A DNA stretch of 64,000 bases from Laetmonice hystrix (GCA_965235115.1 OZ249436.1:53818001-53882000), one strand, 5' to 3'; positions 24,547 through 37,066 are shown, counted from the first letter of the stretch. The notes: generated by a model from the letters alone, not told the origin. Program-made: numbers and translations.

Positions 24547-27338
24547 TAATGCCGTACGAAACAGGTTCAAAGATGCTACAGCATTCAACGCGTCCTTTTC
24601 AATGCTTTTCAAAGCTCCCATGACATAAATTCAAAAGTACAAGTTGACTTGCTTCGTCCTGAGGGATTACCGAGGGACGTCAATTCCCAAGTTATTCTGT
24701 GTGACGCATTAAAGTCTTTATTTGATATTTGAGCTAATAGTTGGACGATTTATTAGATTGTTGTAGAAAGACTGGCAAAGAATCCCTTTAGCCTCCTGTA
24801 CATTTGTAATACCAATTGTATTACAAATCAACATGTTGTGTTACACATTCCACTTTAAGAACACCCTGTGCTATGCCCTGAAGATTATGCACACTGCGAA
24901 GGTTATTCTGAAAACGCTCCTTTCTGGAATTTCCACCCATTGCACAACTGAACCTAACTGCTGCCCTTTCGATAAAAAATGCACGTACTCCCGGCATACA
25001 AGTCCAAGTATGTAGAATAATGTTTGCAAATGAAGTTACCCCTCTAGCTTGTCTCAAGTTGTCTGTAAGAGAGTGGCGCCCATCCGCGTTTACAAAAACA
25101 TTGCAAGGAAGGTTGCAAGACCTCTCCTCTCCTCGAAGGCTGGCGCCAGCATGAAATAGTTATTGAAGCCCGTATTGAATGAGCATCACGTCGCCGGCGG
25201 CTCTGGGCTTCAGGTGAACAGTGAAGTGGGCTGGATGCTTGAAATCGGATGTGCCTGCCTCCAAAGATCCAAGGCTTGGAATTGTTCAATCTGCGATTGT
25301 TACCGTGACAAGAAACGAGCAATACACACGATTCCTGATGCCAAGGGCATGGCTGCACGTCAGACACTGACTTCACAAACGGTATAGACCTAATAATACG
25401 AAATATCTTTCTTGTCTCAGTCCTTGGTGTATCATTCTTTGAAATCCTCTTGACGTTCTATCGCACATCAAGTCGCTAAATTCATTTTAATCATACTTGA
25501 TAGAACTTGATTATCTGCTTTGTGCCATGTGATATAAGGCAGCAGCACTATTTCTCAAATAGAAGTCGTCTTGAGCGTATAACTCTGGCGCCTGTGTGGA
25601 GTTCATTTTCAGGCAGCAACCATTATGCATTTTGGTGGCATTCTTTAATGCATGAGCAACTTTCCCCCCACTTTTGTTGGTGAGTTATATCCTTCACCTG
25701 ATTCCAATCGACGGACAAGATTCCTTACGAGCTGGCGGCCACGGGGCCAACCTCGCAGAACTGGGTCGAGAGCCACTGTCCTCGTTTGCACATGTGATGG
25801 ACAGGTGAACGTCTCTGCAGACATGGGCCGGGGGGCCAGGGTTTCGAGGAGCCTCCATGGCAATTATTTACAGAGTAAAGGCCGGAGAGCAGAAGTCTAG
25901 CGGGGGATGTCCCTGTGGGCATCCATTCCTTTCTAGGCGATTTTATCAGCATGTTTTCGGGAAGCCCGAACCTCCCGGTGCCAGCGCTGAATATAAACAA
26001 CCATGTGATGCAGACATTCTTTTATCCACCGTAGAAAGGGAGATGATGGAACGCCTTGGAGGCGCTAACAACTTGATGCTTTGTGATGCCCTCTGTTGAT
26101 GCGCCGCTGTTTCGCCGATGTCGGCTGTATGAGCGAGATTAAGTCGATAGATTGCCTGATCCCGTATCCGGTCCATAATCGTTGGAAGAAATACATGGGC
26201 AGATAAGGTTGGCTGTTACTGAGGGTTCGGTTGGTTGACACGGCTATACAGGCCATTAGGGTCGGCCAATGGGCTGCCGTTTCCTGGGATGTGACTAGAG
26301 ACTTGTGTGCCAAGTGCTTTAGCTTTGGGTTCTCTTCCAGCTGGAACCCCTTTTAATTGGAAAGTGTGTGTGCAAGGAAGAGACTGGTATTTGAAACCCT
26401 TTGCCATCTCAAGCCAGCTATAGGGGAAAGCGGGGCATAACGGGCCACACTTTTTCAAATGTTTTTTTTTTAAATTGTTACCCACCTGGAACATGAAAAT
26501 AGTACAGCAGTATACCTACTACCAACCTTTATTACCAGTTCTGATTAGGAACAGTTTTAACTTCTAGGAAATAAAAAACACAACTTTTTAAAAATTGAAC
26601 ACTGTCCCATCGTGCCCCTTGAGTACGGGGTATTACGGGACGCTGTTAACACAGGGTCGGGGCTAACCGGTACAGTCAGTTTACAGACACAAATCACAGA
26701 CGTAATATGCAGGGGGACTGCCCCCATTGCCCTGCCCCCCCCCCCCCCTCTGTGGATGCCCATGCGCTAACTACTCATGGGGTATGATGGGACAGTTACC
26801 CATTGTGGCCCATAAGCCACTGTCCCATTATGCCCCACCCTTAACGTCACAAAGATGTCCTCTTCCCGCCAGAGTAGATGATGCATCACGAGCTACGTAA
26901 TGAATGTTTACTCCATAATGCCCACACTAACTGTTGGTGTGAGAATAGTCAGTCATTCTTAGTTCTAGAGACTCGGGGGGTGTTAAGTATTTACCTGGCG
27001 GAAGTTTGGGTGCCAAGAATTTCAGGTCTGTAGATGATTACAGATAAATGTGGGTCTGACGTTCGGATCCGTCAACACCAATATGTCTTCCATCAAGGCT
27101 GTGACAACTATAGGGAATCCCAGCCCCATCTGATGGAAAGTGTAGGAGCTAGAGCCATGTCCCTTCATGCCCCGAGTCCCGCCATGCCCCGCTTTCCTAC
27201 ACCGCGCAACTTTTGTTGCCGCGGCCGAGATAATAAAAAGTTGCTTCTCTCTTCCTTGTCGTGGCGAAAAAATCTAATCATGTATTAATTTTTTTCTAGG
27301 TATCAGTCAGATCTTTATAACACAGGGGGCACACGGTA

Positions 27339-27450
27339 CCAGGGCTGCCTAAAGCCCTGGGTGGGGTCCTGGGCAAGCCTTAGTGAGTGGGCCCCCTGGC
27401 TCTGGACCCTGGGCAACTGCCCCGTTTGTCCTATGGATAAGACGGCCCGA
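27339..27450. mobile_element. Degenerate ~110-bp hAT-like MITE
   Basis: Ends CAGGGCTGCCT… / …AGACGGCCCG, with internal GGGCCCC/CCCTGGGCAA motifs. Confidence 0.45.
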
Positions 27451-27771
27451 CACACCCCTTCACGTAGATCATGTGTGAGCGAACCAACTTTCCACACATA
27501 CACCCAGCCGGTCTAGCACTTTTTGGAACCGTGCTGAACCTCGATATCGCCTAGACACCGTGAGGGTGTTCGCCCTTGACCGCCATTGACCGCCACCTCG
27601 TTTTTGAAACCGCTCATCACTGACTTGCTGCATCGTTGCTCTCTTGTTGTCACCTTTCACAACCTTTTAGAAATGGCTAGCGATTTGGGAAGGGGAAGTA
27701 GGTGCCAACAAGGTGACAAAGAGGTAACTAGTAGGTCATAACACGGTTCAGAGCGAGTTGTGTTGCAGTTC

Positions 27772-27881
27772 GATAATAACGACGTCGATAATTTAACATA
27801 GAAGTGAATGGTTGCTAGGTCGTTATTTTCTACCTAGCAACTTATTCACTTCTATGTTAAATTATCGACGTCGTTATTATC
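27772..27881. repeat. 110-bp near-perfect hairpin / miniature foldback element
   Basis: 38-bp perfect arms GATAATAACGACGTCGATAATTTAACATAGAAGTGAAT and its reverse complement, continued by GTTGCTAGGT/ACCTAGCAAC around an 11-nt loop. Confidence 0.9.
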
Positions 27882-27919
27882 TATTCTTTATACCCCCCTC
27901 ACACTGGATGAAGAACTTA

Positions 27920-28418
27920 TACCCCCATCACACTGGATGAAGACCCAACGGCGACCACGGCGACATAGCAGATCGCCGTTGGTCGTCGTCAACATCGGAA
28001 AACCCCTCCAAGTGTGACTGAAATTCCACTCCCACCCCGCTGCCACGACGTGGAAAAATGCAATTCTCGGACGATTTAGGCCGTCCCTACCACGTCGTAT
28101 GGCGTTGCTACCACGTCCTAAACTAATGAGCCCTTTACACGCTCCGCACGGTGCTGCCGCTGCGCTTATGACGTCAGAGCTGCGCTCTTGCTGCGCAGTG
28201 AGCGCAGTGTAATCGTATAGGACGTGGTAGCAACGCCATACAACGTGGTAGGGACGGCCTAAATCGTCCGGGAATTGCATTTTTCCACGTCGTGGCAGCG
28301 GGATGGGAGCGGCATGGCAGTCACACTTGGAGGGGTTTTCTGATGTTGACGGCGACCAACGGCGATCTGCTCGGTCGCCGTGGTCGCCGTTAGGTCTTCA
28401 TCCAGTGTGATGGGGGTA
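27920..28418. mobile_element. Palindromic Tourist-like (PIF/Harbinger) MITE
   Basis: ~200-bp inverted arms TACCCCCATCACACTGGATGAAGACC / GGTCTTCATCCAGTGTGATGGGGGTA; TSD TTA (27917-27919 and 28419-28421). Confidence 0.9.
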
Positions 28419-29065
28419 TTAAGGGCTCATAAGGGTCACCGAGGTCTCGGTAGCAGCGTGGTAAGAGCGCCGGGCCAGCGCCATGGGACGGGAAGGCCAT
28501 GCTACCCCGTTCACTGGCGCTCGACCTGCGCTCTCAGCAAGCTGGTACTGTGCTCCTAGGAGTAGTGGCTTGGTAAATTTTCAAAACACACTTTCTATGT
28601 GAACTGACGGTGGGTTCTATAGAGATATTGACTTTGCTATTTGGGGGTAGGCAATGGAAGTTCTAGCAAAAGAGACGATTGTTTAACTACCCCCTGCATG
28701 GACCTTCCAGGTATTTCAAACTCTGTCAGCTGCAGAAACCATTAACATTGAAAAATTATATAAGGCGGAAATAACATCGACGGAAGTCTATGCAATACCG
28801 CTACGTGACCCGACTGGCCGGAAAGACGATAAGCATTTTTGTAAAACCAGACCGAAATGATTGAGGAAGGGATGCGAGGAGGTGGTACCCAGCGGCGGAC
28901 TCGACCAGACGACTGGCCCGCGGGGTTGTGCTGTTAATGGGGTTACTTATCTGGTACATCCATTGACGTCACCCTGATAACGACGACAAGCGGCAGCGGG
29001 ACCAATGACTTGTCTCGGGTGTGGGGCTTGGCTCGATATGAGCACAGTCTACCAGGCTCAGGTGT

Positions 29066-29067
29066 AT

Positions 29068-29106
<39 letters not shown>

Positions 29107-29110
29107 CCAA
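29066..29110. repeat. (ATCA)n microsatellite
   Basis: Directly visible. Confidence 0.9.
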
Positions 29111-29566
29111 TAACCACTTACCGTTATAATATATCACGTTGTGTTGTGGGTAACGCCCACACAAAACGCGAAAACTCGGCGTTAACTTCTCCTAATTTTG
29201 CCTTATCTTTCGCAACAGGGGCCCGTTTCATAACTAAGTCCGTGCGCTCGCTAAGGTCTAAAACGCGTTAATCGACCAAAAACGCGTTAAACCGTTGCAT
29301 AACTAGTAAAGCGTTTACTTACGAAATTTTGCGTTATTTCCGCGTTAAATGGATTTTTTTAGCGCGGATGAAAAAGGTGCGGATTAAGTCTTCGCTAACT
29401 GATTTATCGCTAATTAACGATAGTATCGTTAATTAACACATTATTTACACTGAGCACATCAACAAATATGGCGGCTAGGACAGTGCAATACCAACGTAAT
29501 GCCATCCAAAATCCTGATATTGTGGATAATGAAGATTTTATGTCATTATTCTCATTTCTCATTATT

Positions 29567-29815
29567 CACAGATGTCTTGATGGCATTGAGGGTACCATAC
29601 AGAGTGACCCGGGGACATCTAGTATAGGATTGTATTGGCAATAACATGTCTTCACAATATTGCAATTAATCGGGGGATACCAATAATTATACATGCCTCC
29701 TCCTCTCTATCTAGCCGTCATTTAGCAGAGGCTCAACAAGGAGACAGGGGGCAGACAATGAATCATCGCGGTTTTCATACCAGAGAAGCTGTCATTCAAA
29801 ATAATATTTTTTCTT
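29567..29815 (+). pseudogene. Remnant of Harbinger (HARBI1-like, DDE_Tnp_4) transposase C-terminus
   Basis: Frameshifted translation HRCLDG...QSDPG...RIVLAITCLHNIAINRGIP...GFHTREAVIQNNIFS matches the HARBI1-type pattern RCLDGS..LQYSP....IILACCVLHN...G...R..L...FS. The copy-2 version (~39030-39285, minus) reads RCLDGSAWGYQSDPG. Confidence 0.8.
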
Positions 29816-30563
29816 GCAATGAACACACTACATACAGTTCGTGTCACCAACTCATATATTGTATTTAAATTTTAGCAACGCTTGGTTCGTTTCCTTTTAG
29901 GATAGGGAGCATAGGCGTGGGAAGAGGGGGGGGAGACTGGGGCATGGCCCGGCAAAGCGCCAGGGGGGTGGGGGTTTCAAAGACCCCTTTTCAACCAATG
30001 TCTCTTTTTCCCCGATAGAACATCTGAATTTACCGTGCTGACCCCCCCCCCTTTAGCAAATTTTACCTCTGAACCCCCCGTTACAAAATCCTGGACCCCC
30101 CCCCCCCCGCATCACTGCAGTGCCTTCATCAAATATGCATCAACAAGTAAACTTTGTCTCCTTACTGCTGCCACTGAATAGGACATCATAATATTGTGAT
30201 GCTTGGAATCCATTTTTGGTCTCCTGGCAGTGGCATATCTCTGTTATTAAAATATAACTGGCAAATAACAGGGAGGGGGCGAAACTCAATCTAATTAAAG
30301 TTAGATCTTAGTTATATCGCATGTGTTCCATACTATATAGGTATGGAGCGGAGCCAGCACTGACACAACCGATATAGACGCGGAATACCAATAACTAATT
30401 TTAATTCGATTGGGGCGAAACAATATTATTCCCGCCAATACAAAGTTGGGGAATCGCCACCCCTCGGTTCCCACACCTGGCACAACGGAGGTGAGCCCCT
30501 GTGTTTGTGAATCCTCTTCCACCAAAACTTGGCCCGTAAGCGTTGGCGCTACAAAATAACGGT

Positions 30564-31332
30564 AGACAGGTTCTGCTATCCCGGTTCCGTCTCCGGCTCC
30601 GGCTTAGCACCGCGTCGCGTCATCAGAAAATACCGTGACGTCATCGACACGCGCGTATTTGAAGCTGAGCCGTTCCCGGGTCCCGAGATAGATCGGCTCT
30701 GTCCCGTAAGTGTCTAACGGCGTAGGGTTTTCCTCGATTTCTTCTTTCCATGAGTTGACACAATGGATTTGAAGTGTCAAGTAGTTGGATTAATATTTGA
30801 AGACTTTAGTGAATCGGCTGTCCGCACATATCTCGTGGTATTTTCAACTATTTTGGTCATAAAGTGATGTGCTGTTTTGCCTTCACTGCAGCTAGGCCCT
30901 GTCATCGCATGGCGCTCGCTAGGCGACACAATCTGTCAGAGCAGCCAACTCGACCAAAGTCAAATCACCCGCCATATTCACTCTTGTGTTTGTTGTTGTT
31001 ATGTTGTTGACAGGGCCGTAGCCTGCGGGGGGGGGGGGCAGGGGGGCAGCTGCCCCCCTGTTTTTTTTTCAGTTTTGTGTGTTTTTTTAACCCACACCCC
31101 GGGCCAGCTCGACCGGCGCAATGACGCGCCATCACTTGGCAGGCCTACTGCCCCCCCCCCCCCCATGCATTTGGGCCAGGCTACGGCCCTGGTTGTTATG
31201 GTAACCTGGCCACTTCCTATTACGCGGCGGCACCGGCGTAGCAGAACCAAAATACGACGTTCCGTCTCCGGCTCCGAGATCGGCATAGCCGATCCCGGAG
31301 CCGGCGACGGAACGGGATAGCAGAACCTGTCT
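30564..31332. mobile_element. TIR element nested in Harbinger copy 1
   Basis: TIRs AGACAGGTTCTGCTATCCCG / CGGGATAGCAGAACCTGTCT; GGT duplicated on both sides; absent from copy 2, whose empty site reads AATAACAGTAATCAAAAT (rc). Superfamily unclear. Confidence 0.88.
31011..31191. mobile_element. hAT-like MITE nested in the 30564-31332 element
   Basis: Perfect 15-bp TIRs CAGGGCCGTAGCCTG / CAGGCTACGGCCCTG; imperfect 8-bp flanking repeat GTTGTTGA / GTTGTTAT. Confidence 0.82.
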
Positions 31333-32892
31333 GGTAATCAAAATATTATGATAACACAGATTCAGAGATGACTATTGGTGGCGCATGACTAAAACCTGAT
31401 GACAATATATTATTCTGGAAAGAACGCTCCTCCCCTTTCACATCCGCGTCCTCTGACGAAATGTACGAGATTGCACTACTAAGCATTATACTCACCTCTT
31501 CACACTAGAACATTTTGGGGATGATTGTGGCCTACTTAAGCTGATAATCTTCTAATAAATCTTGTAGTACGCAATCGAACCGCAAGGTGGTGATTGGTGG
31601 CGCAGCCCTGGTATGATCTCTAAATTTAATATTTTTCACAAGCACAAGCGGCCTTTTCAGCGTTAAATAACGAATGCGTATATTAACGAACCCAACGTAC
31701 ATCTTTTTACGCGCGATCATTTTACGAGTTATGAAACGCCGTTACGCAAAATGCGTTAAACTTCGCGCTAGTATATAAACGAGCGCGTACTAATTAACGC
31801 ATTTTCTTAACGAGTTATGAAACGGGCCCCAGGAATGGGGCATTTTTCTGGAAATGATTGCCCCGATTTTATTGCCGGAGGCCGAAGCTACGACTTGCCG
31901 ACCCAGACCTCACGACAGCCTCACTATTACGCCGGGAACGAATTGAATTACTTTTTTGATGCGCGCTGCAGTTCCTGCATGCAGATGTTCTCGTGGGTCA
32001 TCGATTCAAAGCGAAGGTCGCATGCAGCCATTTACATGATCAGGGTCACTTGGGGTCAGTATGTTATTCAGTATGAAGTTTACATTTAGGCCTAGACATG
32101 TTAAAGGTAATATGTCACGAATTTCAAATAATACGTCGTCTTTCAGCAAAAATACGTCTGCATTGCGGTTCTCCAATATGCCCCAAAGGTCCCCTACCTG
32201 TTTATGTAGCTTTGGCCGGTATTTTGTAAAAAAAATCGCCAATTCTTAATGTGGTCACTGAAAATGACACACTTAGATTCTGAGACCCCGGGATTTGCAG
32301 CCGGCTGTGTTTTGCACCCTTTTCACACGATCGGCGGATGGGCCATTATAGCGCGTGTTTACATCTCGAGTAATCACAGCGAGAGTCACGTGACCCGTTC
32401 AAACGATTCGCGATTCGCGATTCGCGATTAATATGCAAAAGCATTAGGATTTATCATTTAGGTCTATGTATCAGCAAGAACGGGGCAAGGCGAATGCGGA
32501 AAGGCCATAGATTTGGAGCATGCATGGAAAGGTACCACTGTTAACAGGAGACGCGAGCGGTTGCTTGAATTCAACTCTCATGCCGCGTTCACACTACAAC
32601 CGAGATGCGCATTGATGCGCATTCTAGAATTCGCACCATTCACACTACACCCACAATGTGCATCAAAGCGCATTGTGCACAACACTGCGCATCCTCTACC
32701 TAAATTCTAGAATACAGTTCGCTTCGCTCCATTAGACACAACTGGTCGCACTCTTAATGCTTTTACTGAAGGAATAAGATATCAGATCTAAGAAGGGAAA
32801 AAATTAAAAATGTGTAAAAAGAGAAAAATACATAGTGACGGCAAAATTCAAATGCCTGTGGAAATGAAGTTATACGAAAAAGAAATATCCAT

Positions 32893-33286
32893 GTTCCACC
32901 CAGAACACCGATCACGTTCCACCCAGAACACCGGTCACATTCCACCCAGAACACCGGTCACATTCCACCCAGAACACCGATCACGTTCCACCCAGAACAC
33001 CGGTCACATTCCACCCAGAACACCGATCACGTTCCACCCAGAACACCGGTCACGTTCCACACAGAACACCGGTCACGTTCCACCCAGAACACCGGTCACG
33101 TTCCACCCAGAACACCGGTCACATTCCACCCAGAACACCGATCACGTTCCACCCAGAACACCGGTCACGTTCCACACAGAACACCGGTCACGTTCCAGCC
33201 AGAACACTGTTCACATTCCACCCAGAACACTGTTCACATTCCACCCAGAACACTGTTCACATTCCACCCAGAACACTGTTCACATT
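32893..33286. repeat. 23-bp minisatellite (GTTCCACCCAGAACACCGGTCAC), ~17 copies
   Basis: Directly visible; the last four units carry the variant ACACTGTTCAC. Confidence 0.97.
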
Positions 33287-34390
33287 AGCCACGCTAGCGG
33301 CATCAGAGAGGTAAATCAATTATAAAAAGCAGAAACGACAAAACATCAAGGAGGCTAAGCGAAATGAGAATAGACGCTATTGGCAGGTGAGAGGCGCCTG
33401 TGCGGCTCCCAAACCATGTCAGAGACGCCAGGATCAGATCCATTGAACCGCTAATAACAACCGGATGTTACCGCCCGTGGCTAACTAGGCCGACAAGGCA
33501 ATCCGGAATGAGCAAGACTCTAATGAGTATAATAAGGATTATATTAGTATATTTACACGGATACTATTGGTGAATATATGGGCATGAAGGCCTATAGGCT
33601 TACATAAACCACCACATCTGCGGTTATGAAGCGGTATTAGCGTTAAGTAGACCTGTATACATTGAGTGAGTCAATAATTGGTAGTTTTACAGAGTGTCAA
33701 TTAGCCATCTTCGGGGGGTCTCTTAGGTTATCGAGTCCGATGATGATGGTGATAGCAACGATTATAATTATGGGAGGGGGAGTAACCCCACCACGGTTTT
33801 TACATGTTCTCATTGCGATAAGTGGCAAGGTTTCTTAGAGCAACACTTCCTGAAATGCCAGACTGCCACCAGAGGGTGCAGGTCTCCAGCCAAGGTCAGT
33901 TGTCGTAGCCGATCAACAACAACAATGGCGGACAGTTCAGGCGGTTGTAGTGAAACATGTGCCAAAAATGCCTCACGGCGCCAAGGAAACAAACATTAAT
34001 ATACATCAAAACAAACAGGGGAATACTGTAAATATGCCTGGCGTACTTTCACGTTAATGCTTCGAAAGGGAAAAACGGTACAGCGATGACAACGCAGCCC
34101 CCTTATCAGTATTAGTATATAGATATGAAATATACAGGCATGCAAAAGGTGTACGCAAGAGTTTGATGACACCATTATGCTCCGATGATACGATATGTGT
34201 GATACTTTATGATTGCACAGTCAATCCTTTTAGGAAATTGGTCCAAAAATCAAAAGTCAATGTTGGCACTATCCCTGTCGGTCTTCTTTTCAAGAATTCA
34301 CTTGGTCTTATTTCTGAGAGATACCGACGAGATGACTGAACCTAGGCGTGTGAGGAATCACTCCGGCCTTGGATGCCGAGATCAATGGAG

Positions 34391-34535
34391 GAGTGAGTAG
34401 TTGGTGTTCACCGCCCAGTCAGCAGTATTTCAGCTATATCAGGGCGGGAACAAGGTAACTAACTCAGTCTGTGAATCCATTGTGTGATAATAGGACGAAC
34501 CCCGCGCACCGGGGCGACCCCCTGCTCTTTTCGAG
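34391..34535 (-). mobile_element. 5'-truncated copy of the same SINE
   Basis: Aligns by eye with 34545-34700 (GAGTGAGTAGTTG…CGCCCAGTC…TTTCAGCTAT…GAACAAGGTAACTAACTCAGTC). Confidence 0.75.
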
Positions 34536-34540
34536 TTATT

Positions 34541-34877
34541 AGTGAGTGAGTAGTTGAAGTTTAACGCCCAGTCCGCATTATTTCAGCTATTTCAGGGCGA
34601 GAACAAGGTAACTAACTCAGTCGGTGAAATCCATTGGGTGATAATGATGAGATGATAGGAGGAAACCCGGCAACGGGGCGAAACCCTACTCTTATTGATA
34701 GATGCCAAGGGATCTTTAACGTGCCCATTCACATATATGTATCGTGACACGGCCGGCCTTTGATAAAGCAGTTGGCAGCACTGCTATGCAGGAAAGTACG
34801 GCGCGGCCGCGCCTCGAACCCAGAATCTTTGTATTAAAGGTCCCGTGCTCTAACCACTGCGCCACCCCGGACTCCCC
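34541..34877 (-). mobile_element. Full-length tRNA-derived SINE
   Basis: Minus strand head GGGGAGTCCGGGGTGGCGCAGTGGTTAGAGC…GGGTTCGAG (A/B boxes), central GGCACGTTAAAGATCCC motif, (CTCA)n tail. Partial sister copies at 34391-34535 and 34884-34930; an older copy at ~57430-57545. Confidence 0.8.
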
Positions 34878-35789
34878 GACCCCCCATCCCCTCCTCTTTT
34901 CGATACATGCCAAGGGATCTTTAACGTGCCCCCCCCCCCCCACATTGACATTCAGGGAACACATGCAGAAAACACAACGGCAAAACACATTGCGAAACGA
35001 CATTCAGAGAACACATTGTAGAAACATTGTACATGTAGAAAACTCATCCAACGGAAATAGATGGCAGCACCCTATTTACTGACCTGACCTATGGGTTTAA
35101 ACAGTGGCGGCTTCCGGCTGTGGACTTTTTCGGCGCCAGACTTACCACAGTCATCTAGAATGTGGGCCAAAGTGAAGGGTTATCTTCACCATATTTCAGT
35201 GGAAAATGTAGACTACGCATAATAATTGATTTGGAAATAAATTTCACGCCGAGTCGTCAACTGATGCCATCTTCACTGCGAAAACATGGTGAAACTAGAA
35301 AAACAGTGGGCAAACGACAGGTTTATTGCATTGTCTTCCGGGTCCTAATGGGAACTGCTGTAAAAGTATAAAAGACCTCATTGAGTGAGCGAGTTTTTGG
35401 CGGATCCATTTGAGTGTTAGCTAAGACTTCAGCGGTCTTCACGTTTAAGAGGCAGCATGCAATCTTTGAACCCAATTATACCAATAGATCAGCTACAGTG
35501 CAGCCAAGGTTATGACAGCCGATACACATGTTCTCTTCTTCTTGGAGGAGGATAAACTGCCTTGGTCTCTCGTTCATCAAGATGGGCGTTATTCTGTAGT
35601 ATAATTACAGTGTATGTGCATCGCGTATGGTACGCCTTGCGCCCTCTGTAGGACAGCCCAACTGCCTATAGCTATAGCGAGCCCAACATGCGCTCAACAT
35701 GATGCACGTTACACTATACCCTTGGCGGCCTATTACCCTCGTATATATGTTGGCAGTACGCCTCCGCAGCAGCCAGGGTCATATGTAGG

Positions 35790-35936
35790 CGGTTAGTTTT
35801 ACTGGTGGAGGAAATCGGAGTATCTCAGGGAAAACTGTCAAATCGTCTCATGTACGGCACATAGGGGATTCGAAACCAGAGGCGGGAGGCTCGGTGATGA
35901 GCAGCCAGAACCTTAAACCACTAAACCAACGCGGCC
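35790..35936 (-). mobile_element. Degenerate tRNA-derived SINE with V-domain-like core
   Basis: Minus strand GGCCGCGTTGGTTTAGTGGT … GGTTTCGAATCCC, followed by TTTTCCCTGAGATACTCCGATTTCCTCCACC, resembling the V-SINE core GGGTACTCCGGTTTCCTCC. Confidence 0.6.
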
Positions 35937-35954
35937 AAATGGGAGACTACATAA

Positions 35955-36463
35955 TACATGTATAGGGACATTTCCGCCCATGTACATGTATAGGGACATT
36001 TCCACCCATATACATGTAATGGGACATTTCCGCCCATAGTATTGTATAGGGACATTTCCGCCCATATACATGTATAGGGACATTTCCGCCCATGTACATC
36101 TATAGGGACATTTCCGCCCATTTACATGTATAGGGACATTTCCACCCACATGTAATGGGACATTTCCGCCCATAGTATTGTATAGGGACATTTCCGCCCA
36201 TATACATGTATAGGGACATTTTCGCCCATGTACATGTATAGGGACATTTCCGCCCATACATGTATAGGGACATTTCCGCCCATAGTACATGTACGTATAG
36301 GGACATTTCCACCCATATACATGTATAGGGACATTTCCGCCCATATACATGTATAGGGACATTTTCGCCCATGTACATGTATAGGGACATTTCCACCCAT
36401 ATACATGTATAGAGGCATTTCCACCCTAGAGTCTATACAATGTATAGGGACATTTTCACCCAT
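35955..36463. repeat. ~28-bp minisatellite (TACATGTATAGGGACATTTCCGCCCATA), ~18 copies
   Basis: Directly visible; source of the repetitive minus-strand ORFs. Confidence 0.95.
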
Positions 36464-37066
36464 TATAGTTAAAATACTGACGGAACAAGCTGTTCTCGTG
36501 TTAGCTGTGAAACATGTTGGTATTTTATTATTAGCCAGAAACATTGACCATCCACTGAGCCATGTATGTATCAATTAATTACGCTCAGCCCATACCGGAA
36601 ATTCCTGTAACTTTACCTGCATGCCCTGACCCTATAGCCTGGCAGCCACTGGGAACCTCAGGCTATACGTCCCTAGATAATTCACTGCCTACGTATTGTT
36701 ATTATCGTGACACAAAGACCATTTAAATTTGTTTACCCCATTTTTGTGTATGTTTTGCTATGGGTCAAACCCATGTCTACGTTGTTTATTATGTTGGATG
36801 CAAACCCGCGTACACTGAATTAAGGAAAACCTCTAACTACACTACTGTAGATCTGATCTAATATTGCTTGTCAGTGCTTCATTAGTGACAGGGTGCAATT
36901 TTGTTCGCATTATAAGACAGGGGCGTAGGAAGGCCATGAAGTGGAGGGGGCGTCCATCACGAGCGCCCAAGGCGCGAAGTCTGCGATCGCCGAAGGCGCG
37001 AAGCGGGGAGTCCTGGGCATGCCCCCGGGAAAGTTTTGAAATTTCAGGTTATTTTGGTGGCATCTG

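Larger units (their letters stand above)
29219..31829 (+). mobile_element. Non-autonomous PIF/Harbinger element, copy 1 (internal deletion derivative with nested insertions)
   Basis: TIRs GGGCCCGTTTCATAACT / AGTTATGAAACGGGCCC; 3-bp TSD CAG (29216-29218 and 31830-31832); subterminal TTAACGC motifs; Harbinger transposase C-terminal remnant inside. Confidence 0.92.

Noticed and set aside
32810..33325. 171-aa repetitive ORF
   Set aside because: Product of the 23-bp minisatellite.
35913..36574. Repetitive minus-strand ORFs (MGGNVPIH…)
   Set aside because: Product of the 28-bp minisatellite.
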